A stretch of DNA of 64,000 nucleotides, from positions 3,215 through 67,214 of the IMG/VR virus record IMGVR_UViG_3300022756_000004, one strand, 5' to 3'. A program made the translations under genes and the position numbers. Under the pieces are notes generated by a model that ran no database searches, was not told the DNA's origin, and saw only the letters and a program-made list of their open reading frames with translations. Origin of the DNA: a virus. This document shows positions 28,839 to 37,420 of this stretch, one piece after another; position 1 is the stretch's first letter, and each line of letters starts with the position of its first letter.

Positions 28839-29078
28839 AAGATCAAGATCTGCGCGCTCGCAGGGCTGCGTGTTAAAACCTTTCGTATTGCTGCGTGTTT
28901 GCTCCGCGCGCGCCCACTGTTCTCCGCGCTCGCGCGCGCCCGTTCCCCTATACCCTTACGGGGCGGGTACGGGGTGGCCAAAAGGCCCCCTACCAGGCAA
29001 GTTAGGCAAAATCCCGGCTTGTACGTAATGTTTTGGGCAGCACCACAACCCACCACAACCACAGCAAGGGGCAAGGCA

Positions 29079-29408
29079 ATGGCAACCACACACAGCGGCA
29101 GCGGGCAACGCAAGGTCCGGGTAACGGCTCCCAGCGGGGGCTCTGCCCGCAAGGGCAACCGCTACACCATGGGCACGGGTCTGTCCCAAGCAACGCAAGC
29201 CCTTTGGGCTACCCCTAGCCCTTACCAGGTCCCCGGCAACCCCTTTGCCCCCGGCATACCCAGCTTGGCCACACGCAACAAAATTGCGGACAGGGCTATG
29301 GCTGGATTGGGCTCCACGGCACCCGCCAAGGGTGGGCACTGGGGCAAGGTCTGTCCGGCCTGCGGCTTGCAGCGTAGCCGTACCAACCTTTGCGGCTGCA
29401 ACTCCTAA
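29079..29408 (+). CDS. Early protein with C-terminal CxxC...CxC Zn ribbon
   Basis: AAGGGG RBS. VCPACGLQRSRTNLCGCNS; no Glu, one Asp. Confidence 0.7.
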   Translation: MATTHSGSGQRKVRVTAPSGGSARKGNRYTMGTGLSQATQALWATPSPYQVPGNPFAPGIPSLATRNKIADRAMAGLGSTAPAKGGHWGKVCPACGLQRSRTNLCGCNS

Positions 29409-29412
29409 GCAC

Positions 29413-29462
29413 GCCGGTAGTGTGTGGGGCACCCTACGGGGTTCCCCGCGCAGTGCTTACGC
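29413..29462 (+). repeat. Intergenic hairpin element copy 1
   Basis: GCCGGTAG-stem-loop-GTGCTTACGC, also at 29794-29845. Confidence 0.7.
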
Positions 29463-29510
29463 GCTACGTGGTCCAATCCTGGCCACACCCTTGCCCTTAC
29501 AGGGCAAGGT

Positions 29511-29536
29511 TCCACCACAGTTAGGGTACAATCATG
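29511..29536 (+). repeat. Start-associated repeat copy 1
   Basis: TCCACCACAGTTAGGGTACAATCATG, 25/26 identical to 29851-29876; both end in the start codon. Confidence 0.85.
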
Positions 29537-29794
29537 CCTTCGCTTCGCAAGCGGCTGGCGTACGGGGTTCTCAGCGCTATCGCTGCCCCCGCCGCTGGTC
29601 TCCTCGTCACCTGGCTCAGGGGTCTCCCCTGGTATCGCATCGGTCAGCTCCTGCGGCACGGTCCGGCTACGCCGTGGCAGCGCCGTACGGTTCGCCGCCT
29701 CAGCAATGGGCTTCAGCCCGGCGGTGTCTACGCGCCCTGGTGGGGTACCTACCCCGATGCTCAGCGCGAGATCTCTCGCCTTCGCAACCGGTAG
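29534..29794 (+). CDS. Early basic membrane-associated protein
   Basis: Starts within the start-associated repeat; hydrophobic N-terminus. Confidence 0.7.
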   Translation: MPSLRKRLAYGVLSAIAAPAAGLLVTWLRGLPWYRIGQLLRHGPATPWQRRTVRRLSNGLQPGGVYAPWWGTYPDAQREISRLRNR

Positions 29795-29876
29795 CCGGTA
29801 GCGCATGGTGCACCCCTCGCGGGGTGCTCCGTGCGGTGCTTACGCACCAATCCACCACAGTTAGGGTCCAATCATG
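29794..29876 (+). repeat. Intergenic hairpin element copy 2 plus start-associated repeat copy 2
   Basis: Matches 29413-29462 and 29511-29536. Confidence 0.75.
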
Positions 29877-30257
29877 GGAGACCTGTCTCAACTCCGCATG
29901 GGCATGTGCAACGACTATGGCCTCTGGGAGTACTACACGCATACCTACGAGCCCGCCGAGAAGATTCCTGAGGATCATCCTCTGGATGGCCTGCTGTCCG
30001 AGTTGGGCGAGGTCCCCGGCGGGTACTACGCGCAGAACTGCGAGAATTGCGGGGTTCAGCCCTACGATGTCCGCATCTACGGCACCTACAACTACGAGGA
30101 CCGGGAGTGCACTCAGCCCGTAGGAGACAGCGCCCTGTCTTACTGCGAGCCCTGCCTGGTCCAGCAGATCATCGGTACCTACCGCTCCCAGGTATGGCAC
30201 GACGATGTTCAGATCTGCTGGTACGTGGCGGAGGCTAAGCCTCACCCGTACGTCTAA
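29874..30257 (+). CDS. Early acidic protein with two CxxC motifs
   Basis: CENC and CEPC; starts within the repeat. Confidence 0.75.
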   Translation: MGDLSQLRMGMCNDYGLWEYYTHTYEPAEKIPEDHPLDGLLSELGEVPGGYYAQNCENCGVQPYDVRIYGTYNYEDRECTQPVGDSALSYCEPCLVQQIIGTYRSQVWHDDVQICWYVAEAKPHPYV

Positions 30258-30313
30258 GCCCTGGTGGAGTGATCTGACCTTACGGTCACTCCACCAGTCA
30301 CCACCTCCGTACC

Positions 30314-30341
30314 TTGCGATTTGCGCTGGGTATGGTACAGT
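30314..30341 (+). promoter_or_regulatory. SigA-like promoter with extended -10
   Basis: TTGCGA-16-TACAGT with GGGTATGG upstream of the -10. Confidence 0.65.
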
Positions 30342-30386
30342 TCAATCTGTACCGGGCGGCACCGGTACACGACGAGAGGAAATACC

Positions 30387-30860
30387 ATGACCACTTCCGA
30401 GAAGTCCAACATGGACCTCGAATTGGAGCGTATGCTCGCGGGTGACATCGTCGACGAGTCCGACAAGGACTGGACGTATCTCCTGGACAAATCTCCGCAG
30501 TCCAACCACCAGCTCTTCGCCAAGATCATGCGCGAGAAGCTGGGCAACGAGGCCGTGGACAATGCGTCTCCGGAGCAGATGATCTACTGGCTCCTCGCCA
30601 TGCACCGCTGGATGCAGAAGACCCAGGCCAACCGCGACCGTACCGAGTTCCACGGGCGCACGGTGGGCTCGGTCCTGAAAGGCTCCGCCACCTTGGCGGA
30701 GCGGCTGGCTCCGCGTGACCAGGACGAGGTCCTGGTGACCCCGGTCCCGCTGGCCATCGGCGAGCCGGTCAAGCCCAAGCGGGCGGCTCGCAAGCCGCGC
30801 ACTCCGCGCGCTAAGGTCCAGGCTCCCAAGGTGGATGCGCCCGAGGCCATCTCCGCGTGA
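30387..30860 (+). CDS. Hypothetical protein, paralog of 39949-40404
   Basis: GAGAGGA RBS; K/P/A-rich tail. Confidence 0.8.
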   Translation: MTTSEKSNMDLELERMLAGDIVDESDKDWTYLLDKSPQSNHQLFAKIMREKLGNEAVDNASPEQMIYWLLAMHRWMQKTQANRDRTEFHGRTVGSVLKGSATLAERLAPRDQDEVLVTPVPLAIGEPVKPKRAARKPRTPRAKVQAPKVDAPEAISA

Positions 30861-31093
30861 TCCAAGAAAGGATTCTTGCCGGGGCTCTAGGTCTACGACC
30901 TAGGGTCTCGGGAGGGAGACCTCACATTTCCCCCTGTGGTGGAGGGTGAATACCCTCCCCGGCTGATCATTGGCGATTAGGTCGGGGAGGGGTTTGACTT
31001 CCCACCCGCGAGCTGGACAGCGAAGTCCCTTGGCGAACAGCGTAGTTCGTAGCCGCCCCCTAACTCAAAAGGCGAAACACAGAAAGGACGAGA

Positions 31094-31345
31094 ATGGCGT
31101 TCCCCTGCAAGGCGAAGAACCTCAAGCCCAACGACGAGATCAACTTGGGCAAGACCCGATGGATCCACTCTGAAGACGGACCCCGACCTCCGGTCACTGG
31201 CTGGGCGGTGGTCATGGGCATCTCGCGCAACGAAGGAAACGAGCGCGATGGTAAGCTAGACATCGGCGTGAAGTTCGGCGAGGACGAGTACATTCGGTTC
31301 TCCGTGGACCACGACCAGTACTTCCAGACGAAGCGGGAGAAGTGA
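31094..31345 (+). CDS. Hypothetical protein
   Basis: GAAAGGA RBS. Confidence 0.7.
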   Translation: MAFPCKAKNLKPNDEINLGKTRWIHSEDGPRPPVTGWAVVMGISRNEGNERDGKLDIGVKFGEDEYIRFSVDHDQYFQTKREK

Positions 31346-31421
31346 TGGACTTCGAGGCAATGACTCCGGAGGAGTTCGAAGCATACTTCGGCATGGCAGA
31401 TTTCCGGGGGAAGCTGTGAAC

Positions 31422-31835
31422 ATGGCAGAGCTCAAGGACGTCGAGTTCAAGGACCAGCATATGCTCGTGAGGCACGCGATCCGAGCGTGGCTTCCGGCCA
31501 TCAACAAGGAGTCCAATCCCCGGCTGATGAATGCCTCCCTCACGGGAGACTACCTCTGGAACGAGGAGCATCAGCATGGCTGGGTCGGAGTCTGCCTGGA
31601 CTGGCACGGCACGGCCGAGGTCCATCAGGTTCTCATAGAAGGCGGCGAGATCGTGGCCGCTTTGCCCATGGAAGAATGCTCCGGGGACTATCAGGAGTAC
31701 GTGTTCATGCGCGTCTTCGGAGAGCTGGCGGAGTTTGACGCCATGACGAAGTCAACAGATCCGATCGCGATGTACGGTCTCCGCCAAGCGGCTGATTTGG
31801 AAGCGATTCACGGATATTACGAGGAGAACAACTAA
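31422..31835 (+). CDS. Hypothetical protein
   Basis: Codon usage, coupled to next gene. Confidence 0.7.
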   Translation: MAELKDVEFKDQHMLVRHAIRAWLPAINKESNPRLMNASLTGDYLWNEEHQHGWVGVCLDWHGTAEVHQVLIEGGEIVAALPMEECSGDYQEYVFMRVFGELAEFDAMTKSTDPIAMYGLRQAADLEAIHGYYEENN

Positions 31836-32053
31836 TGCCTTGGCTGTTCCGGCCGAGGATCGGTCCATGGGTGTTCGTGAAGCGTGCTTCGCGTACCCCG
31901 GTGGGAGCGGTTCTGCCGTTCTCGGTCATCGGACTTATCGTGGTGGCGTTCGTCATGCTGCCTGCTATCCCGGTGGCCGCGACGATAATCGCGATGGTAA
32001 TCTGGCTGGGAGTTTTCTTCTGGTCCATACGAAAGGTCACGAAGTGGCATTGA
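31835..32053 (+). CDS. Small membrane protein
   Basis: Two hydrophobic segments, TAATG coupling. Confidence 0.6.
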   Translation: MPWLFRPRIGPWVFVKRASRTPVGAVLPFSVIGLIVVAFVMLPAIPVAATIIAMVIWLGVFFWSIRKVTKWH

Positions 32054-32472
32054 AACTGAAGATGAACGTAGACGTACCGGAGAATCTCCTCTCGGAGATC
32101 CTCGTCACCGCATTCGACGGCGACGGCGCGGGCTCCCGCTTCTGGTCCGAACCGCATCCCAATGACGACGATGACGACTGGATCATCACGGACCCGTTCG
32201 ACGACAGGAAGGATCCCGCCTGGAAGGGCGTACGCATCCGCCACGTCGAGCAGGACGAGGACGACGCGACCTTCTGGACCGTCGACTGGAACACCCTGGT
32301 CACGGGGATGCAGAATATCCTGGACGGAGACTTCTCCGGACATCAGGGTCTTCGCAAGCTCCAGGGCTACATCCAGGAAGCCGTCATCGAAGATGACGGA
32401 GGGCAGCTGGACACGAACGCCGTGGACACCATCGTCCAGTTCGGCCTCTTCGGAAACGAGCAGTACTCATGA
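32050..32472 (+). CDS. Hypothetical acidic protein
   Basis: TTG start after GAAAGG; C-terminal D..AVD.IVQFGLFG...Y motif. Confidence 0.7.
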   Translation: MKLKMNVDVPENLLSEILVTAFDGDGAGSRFWSEPHPNDDDDDWIITDPFDDRKDPAWKGVRIRHVEQDEDDATFWTVDWNTLVTGMQNILDGDFSGHQGLRKLQGYIQEAVIEDDGGQLDTNAVDTIVQFGLFGNEQYS

Positions 32473-32708
32473 ACGTCAATCTGACGAACAGCGGAATCCA
32501 CGCTGAGATTCAGGGCGCTCGAGAGATCACGCAGAAGGCCGTGCCTGATGCGGAGCTGAAGCGAGTCATCCTCATCGAGTCTCCGGACTTCCTCGGCCTC
32601 GGGGTGTACGAGGTGTGGTTCTCCACGAATCACGACACCATGGTTCACGTGACGGTGGAAGGCCAGCTCGTCGCGGTGGACCTTCCGTATGAGGAGGAGC
32701 ATTTGTGA
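32469..32708 (+). CDS. Hypothetical protein
   Basis: ATGA coupling. Confidence 0.65.
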   Translation: MNVNLTNSGIHAEIQGAREITQKAVPDAELKRVILIESPDFLGLGVYEVWFSTNHDTMVHVTVEGQLVAVDLPYEEEHL

Positions 32709-32884
32709 CCGGCGAAGACAGCCACCTGGAAGCCGCGTACGAAGATGCCAACGGGGATCCGCACGGCATCGGCTCGCCCGAATGGGAGGAGCAAGACGTC
32801 GAGGAAGAGACTCGAGAATGCCGCGTCTGCGGAGCTATTGAGGAGGTGGAGATCTGTGAGTGCCCCGAAGGACCTCGCTACTGA
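32705..32884 (+). CDS. 59-aa acidic Cys protein (not in ORF track)
   Basis: GAGGAG RBS, GTGA overlap; ...ECRVCG...CEC. Confidence 0.55.
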   Translation: MTGEDSHLEAAYEDANGDPHGIGSPEWEEQDVEEETRECRVCGAIEEVEICECPEGPRY

Positions 32885-33014
32885 AGAAGACCCCTGTGAC
32901 CTCTGCGGCGAGGATATCGACGGAAATTCCGGCCTCTTCTGGGACCCGGAGAAGTTGAAAGCTGTGTTCGCACACGACCAGTGCGGCATCGATGCGGGCT
33001 TGAACCCCGCCTGA
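32856..33014 (+). CDS. Small CxxC...HxxC Zn-finger protein
   Basis: GAGGAGG RBS; CDLC...HDQC. Confidence 0.55.
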   Translation: MSAPKDLATEEDPCDLCGEDIDGNSGLFWDPEKLKAVFAHDQCGIDAGLNPA

Positions 33015-33026
33015 AAGGAAACACAA

Positions 33027-33386
33027 GTGAAGAAGTACATCGCAGCCGGTTTGATCAGCATCGCGGCCACCCTGGGCATAGCCGGTACCGCTCAAGCGGG
33101 CACGCCCGAACAGAACAACGCAGCCATGAGTGAGTTCAGCTCCACGGTCGGCGTTGCCACGACCACCGGCGGTCTCGTAGGCACGGGCATCGGGTTCATC
33201 CTGGGCTGTGCCGTGGGTGGAGTCGTGACCAGCCCGACCGTGGTGTTCATCCCGTTGGGATGCCTCACCGGCGGAGCGACCTTCGCGGCGGCTGGCGGAG
33301 TCCTCGGCACTTTGATCGTGGGCGGACCGACCGCCGTGATCAAGGGTGTCCAGATGGCCTCGGTGCTGCTGACTCCGGCAGCATGA
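33027..33386 (+). CDS. Secreted glycine-zipper protein
   Basis: Signal peptide ending AQA; GGLVGTGIGFILGC...GC..GG...GGVLG. Confidence 0.75.
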   Translation: MKKYIAAGLISIAATLGIAGTAQAGTPEQNNAAMSEFSSTVGVATTTGGLVGTGIGFILGCAVGGVVTSPTVVFIPLGCLTGGATFAAAGGVLGTLIVGGPTAVIKGVQMASVLLTPAA

Positions 33387-33526
33387 CCACCTATCGCATC
33401 ACGCTTCGAGAACTTGTTCAGGACAAAGCCCTCTGGAAGACGAAGCGTGAGTGGAATCTTCAGGCCGAGAGTGAGCAAGAAGCGATGCAAAAGGCCGTAG
33501 ATGGAATGAAGGGAAAAAACACCTAG
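33383..33526 (+). CDS. Small hypothetical protein
   Basis: ATGA overlap; MTTYRITL...AESEQEA. Confidence 0.55.
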   Translation: MTTYRITLRELVQDKALWKTKREWNLQAESEQEAMQKAVDGMKGKNT

Positions 33527-33532
33527 TCGCCA

Positions 33533-33561
33533 TTGCCCGCGATGGGCGGGTATGGTACAGT
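33533..33561 (+). promoter_or_regulatory. SigA-like promoter with extended -10
   Basis: TTGCCC-17-TACAGT; GGGTATGGTACAGT identical to the copy at 30328. Confidence 0.7.
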
Positions 33562-33592
33562 GATCAAGCGGCCCAGACGAAAGGCAAAATCG

Positions 33593-34345
33593 ATGCCGAG
33601 CATCACTTGTGGCTCATGCCACAGCACCCACTCGTCCATCCAGGCGGTTCGGGATTGCTACAACTTCAAGGAGCCCGAACCGGCTCCGTATCTCGACTAC
33701 GAGCACAAGCCTTCCGGAGAGAAGTACGGCGATGAGACGCCGGACCATCTCAAGGAGGCTGACGAGCTCGCCAAGCTGTATCCGCGCAAGACTGTGGACC
33801 CCAGCGAGCGCGTCTACCTGAGCGTTCCCTACGAGGACAAGGACAAGGCTAAGCCTCTCGGGGCTCGATGGGATAAGGGCGCGAAGCTCTGGTGGGTCTC
33901 CCAGGAAGACTGGGATAAGCACGCCGACGACCTCCGCCAGTGGAAGCCGGAACCGATCGCAGTTCGCAAGGTTGGAGAGCCGAAGCGGCCTGCGGCAGAA
34001 GTGAAGGCTCTGAGCTTCACCCCGGAGCAACTCCCTGGCGGATACTATGCTCTTCTCAACGAAGAGAATGCGTGGAAGTTCTACCGAGTTTCCTGGGGAA
34101 AGGAGGGAGGTCGATGGGAAGGTCGGGCGTTCTTGGAGGTGCAGGCTAGCGACGATCTCCACAAGATCTCCAATCCGCATACGCGCAACGCGATCTTCGC
34201 TCGTATAGCCGAGGATCCCAGGGAGGCTGCCCTCCAGTACGGCCATCAGGTTGGTCAGTGCTCGCGGTGCAATCGCACACTGACCGATGAGCAGAGCATT
34301 GCAGATGGAATCGGCCCCGTCTGCAAGGAGAAGGCGGGATGGTAA
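33593..34345 (+). CDS. DUF5710-like plus DUF6011-like Zn-finger protein
   Basis: YLSVPYEDKDKAKPLGARWD...WWV and CSRCNRTLTD..SI..GIGPVC. Confidence 0.8.
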   Translation: MPSITCGSCHSTHSSIQAVRDCYNFKEPEPAPYLDYEHKPSGEKYGDETPDHLKEADELAKLYPRKTVDPSERVYLSVPYEDKDKAKPLGARWDKGAKLWWVSQEDWDKHADDLRQWKPEPIAVRKVGEPKRPAAEVKALSFTPEQLPGGYYALLNEENAWKFYRVSWGKEGGRWEGRAFLEVQASDDLHKISNPHTRNAIFARIAEDPREAALQYGHQVGQCSRCNRTLTDEQSIADGIGPVCKEKAGW

Positions 34346-34560
34346 TGTACAGCTCTCGCTGCGAGAATTGCAGCAAGGACATCTACATTCTTCGATGGGC
34401 TACCAAGATCGCTGTCCGGATGGGGAAGAATAAAGGCAAGGAAGTCAAGATCCCGATCTGGCGACATCGGGTACAGGTAGCTCCGGGAGCCCTCTGCGGA
34501 GAGGGCCTCAACATGAATCTCACCGCAACACCGCCACCAGGAGAGGAATTCAAGGAATGA
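34339..34560 (+). CDS. Small Cys protein
   Basis: CENC...WRH...C, overlapping neighbours. Confidence 0.55.
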   Translation: MVMYSSRCENCSKDIYILRWATKIAVRMGKNKGKEVKIPIWRHRVQVAPGALCGEGLNMNLTATPPPGEEFKE

Positions 34561-34781
34561 CGCTGGATGGGGACGCCAAGCGAAATGAAGTGAACTGGGC
34601 AAGGAATCATGCCCGGACCTGGGCGGAGAATAACGGCCTCGAAGACGACGAGGCGGATGGCTTCGCTGAGTACTTCAAGGACGGGTGGCTTCTCCATCTG
34701 GAAAAGAACGCGGACGAGGTGGACCGCGCTCTACAAAAGGTGTACGAATCGTACCGAGAGGAAAAGGCAAGTGGTCGCTAA
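34557..34781 (+). CDS. Hypothetical protein
   Basis: ATGA coupling. Confidence 0.65.
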   Translation: MTLDGDAKRNEVNWARNHARTWAENNGLEDDEADGFAEYFKDGWLLHLEKNADEVDRALQKVYESYREEKASGR

Positions 34782-35802
34782 CGACCGCACGGCTCGGAAG
34801 ATCAAGCAGATCGAGGATCTGCTCCGCATCGCCTCCGACCCGCGTTCCAATACCCATGAACGAGAACTGGCGCAGCAGAAAGCTGACGCCATCATGTTCC
34901 AGAATCGCATTGACCGTGCGATGCTCAACAAGAGTCAGCCCTCCGCTGCGCGCGAGGTAATCGTGCGAGAGTACGACGCGGCGGCTGCCGAGGAATTCAT
35001 CGGCGTAGCTAACCATATGCGAGCCAATCTGTTCATCCATGCCGGTTGCATGGCGAACGACCGCTGGCGAAAGACCACGGTCGTGGGATACGAGGACGAC
35101 ATCCAGATGGCAGAGATGCTCTGGGCCTCGGTGTTCCTGCACTTCACTCGAACGGTCTTCCCGAAGTGGGAGAACTACAAGACCTTCGACGCCAATGTGT
35201 ACGACCTCAAATCGGCCGGTTACTCCTGGCCGTTTGTGCGAGAGGAAGGACTGAAGCGGGAAGCCGGAGATCAGACCGGCAAGCTCACCGCGAAGAACGC
35301 TGGCAGCAAGCTCCGCACGGCATTCAAGCGCGAAGCCGCGCGACGCGGGGAGAAGGTCAGCAGCCAGCCGATCAACTTCAAGAAGTGGCGAACTTCGTTC
35401 GCCGATGCCTACGCTTCCCGGCTCGGACAGCGCTTGTACGCAATGCGGGCGAAGAACGAGGCCGAGGCAGGCGAAGCCGGAGTGCTGGCGCTGGTGTCCG
35501 ACCAGGACAAGATCAAGCAGCAGTTCTACGCGCTGTTCCCGGAGCTGAATCCGGAAGTTCGCAAGTGTCGTCAGCAGGAGGCCTCCGATGCGGAGGAAGC
35601 TCGCTGGAATGCCCTGACTCCGGAAGAACAGGCCAGGGAAATGCGGGAACGGGAGAAGGAAGACGCGAAGTGGGCTCGGCAGTACGCCAAGCGACCCGCT
35701 TACTACGACGAAGGCGGATGGTCCGCTGGAACCCGAGCCGCCGACAAGGCGGACCTCGGACAGGAACGTATCGGAGCTAGCTCCGGAAGGGAATTGGAAT
35801 GA
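34771..35802 (+). CDS. DUF2786-like protein
   Basis: KI..LL..A......E...A..KA..IM N-terminus; SF..AY..RL..RL and G..AA..ADLG C-terminus. Confidence 0.75.
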   Translation: MVANDRTARKIKQIEDLLRIASDPRSNTHERELAQQKADAIMFQNRIDRAMLNKSQPSAAREVIVREYDAAAAEEFIGVANHMRANLFIHAGCMANDRWRKTTVVGYEDDIQMAEMLWASVFLHFTRTVFPKWENYKTFDANVYDLKSAGYSWPFVREEGLKREAGDQTGKLTAKNAGSKLRTAFKREAARRGEKVSSQPINFKKWRTSFADAYASRLGQRLYAMRAKNEAEAGEAGVLALVSDQDKIKQQFYALFPELNPEVRKCRQQEASDAEEARWNALTPEEQAREMREREKEDAKWARQYAKRPAYYDEGGWSAGTRAADKADLGQERIGASSGRELE

Positions 35803-35999
35803 GCAATCGGGAGGACAAAGTCACCCTGACCGCCATCCTGGGATTCATGATGATCTTCGCCTTCGTTGGGGGAACGGTTCTCGGGTCCGGACTGTGGCTG
35901 CTCGGCGCTCCGATCGTCATGTCCTATGTTGCGACCACTCTGATCGGCGCAGGTGTCGGCCTGTTCTTGGGTGTCCTGGCGGAGGTGAATAACCGATGA
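35799..35999 (+). CDS. Small membrane protein
   Basis: Two transmembrane segments. Confidence 0.65.
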   Translation: MSNREDKVTLTAILGFMMIFAFVGGTVLGSGLWLLGAPIVMSYVATTLIGAGVGLFLGVLAEVNNR

Positions 36000-36409
36000 C
36001 CGAGCCTGAGCGGGAGAACATCTTCTACGTTTCCGCCAGGAGCCAGAAGGGTTTCACTATGGATCCTGCTCAGGCCATGATCGATCTCACGGGTGCCCCG
36101 GTCATCGCGCCGGGGCATGTGAAGAACATCCTGGAGAAGCAGGACCGGCGTTACATGCGCTCGCTGGACGTACAGCGGCAGGCAGTGAAGCGCATCTGGG
36201 ACTCCCTCATGGACACCATGGAGTCGTCCCTCACGGCTCAGGACTTAGGAGACCTGGAACGCCAGAAGTGCCTGGACAACAAGGCGCTCGGGTTCCTCAC
36301 CTCTCTCGCCATCCTGGAATACGGACATGATTACAAACAAGATCCCGAAGCCACTCTGGAAAAGGTGGCCGAGATGGCTCGGGTACGATACGATCAGGAG
36401 TCAGAATAA
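35996..36409 (+). CDS. Hypothetical protein
   Basis: GGAGG RBS, coupling. Confidence 0.7.
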   Translation: MTEPERENIFYVSARSQKGFTMDPAQAMIDLTGAPVIAPGHVKNILEKQDRRYMRSLDVQRQAVKRIWDSLMDTMESSLTAQDLGDLERQKCLDNKALGFLTSLAILEYGHDYKQDPEATLEKVAEMARVRYDQESE

Positions 36410-36657
36410 TGAAGAGCACGCAGGAGACCATCGCCGGAGCCATTGAAGAGGCCAAGGAGGGGATTCGGCAGTTGGTCTCCATCATCAAGGAGGAAGTCGG
36501 CTCGGTCGGCCTCACCGACGAAGAGCAGTTCATGACCTTCATCATGGCCGCGACCATCAGCAAGGTCTGCGAAGGAGAGAAGATCGCTCTCGCAAGCAAC
36601 TTCGCGGCAGCTCTCATGATCCGTGATCTGGAGGCGAAACTCCAGGAGCAGAAGTGA
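36409..36657 (+). CDS. Hypothetical protein
   Basis: AGGAG RBS, TAATG coupling. Confidence 0.7.
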   Translation: MKSTQETIAGAIEEAKEGIRQLVSIIKEEVGSVGLTDEEQFMTFIMAATISKVCEGEKIALASNFAAALMIRDLEAKLQEQK

Positions 36658-37259
36658 GCGCTGTCCAAAAGGCAGCTGACTTCATCGCCCTCCTGAAGGA
36701 GAATGGCTGGAAGGGCAAGCTGGACCTGGATGAGAAGAACGACTGGGCGAAGATATTCGCCCATCGGGATCAGGAACGGCTGGAGATCGGCTGGTGTGTC
36801 AATCAGCTGATCGGCCCTCCGAAGTACGAGTTTGCCGGGACTATCGCCAACCTGCATAGCGCAGCGGTGGCCCGGCAGCACGTACGGGCGAGCAAGCCAG
36901 ACATGTCCATATACCTCAAGCGCAAGCGCCGCAAGGTGCGGGCGGTACAGCGTGCCAACCAAAATAACTCAAGCAGCGCACCGGAAGAGTTCGACACAAC
37001 CCAGCACGAACTTCCGTTCGACATTCACGAGTCCACCGACAAGGAAATCTTGCGAGCCATTCGTGGCTCCACCATCATCTGGAAGAACACCCTCACGGGG
37101 ATGCCGGAGAGCGAGTACGTGCCACGAGAGATGAATCGCGATCTGAACAACACGTTCTACGTGGCGGAAAGCTCCGAAGGAAGAGCGTACGTCAGCTTCA
37201 TGACGAGCGGCGGCGTATTCCGTGCGGTTGCACTCGAACAGATTCTACAAGTAAGGTAA
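36654..37259 (+). CDS. Hypothetical protein
   Basis: AGGAG RBS, GTGA coupling. Confidence 0.75.
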   Translation: MSAVQKAADFIALLKENGWKGKLDLDEKNDWAKIFAHRDQERLEIGWCVNQLIGPPKYEFAGTIANLHSAAVARQHVRASKPDMSIYLKRKRRKVRAVQRANQNNSSSAPEEFDTTQHELPFDIHESTDKEILRAIRGSTIIWKNTLTGMPESEYVPREMNRDLNNTFYVAESSEGRAYVSFMTSGGVFRAVALEQILQVR

Positions 37260-37420
37260 GCACATGTCACACGCAGATATCGTTTCCATCTGCTGGGCGG
37301 TGGTGGGCGTCGTGTTCATCATCGCCGTAGCGGTAGTCCTCATGTGGGAGATGAAATGATCCCCGACTGGATTCTCTGGTGGCTGTGGGAGCACATGCCA
37401 CGAGGAGGAAGGCCGGGCTG

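Noticed and set aside
29245-30123. 292-aa + strand ORF across the early cassettes
   Set aside because: It crosses hairpins and repeats, lacks an RBS, and stays open partly because TGA stops are absent in GA-free DNA.
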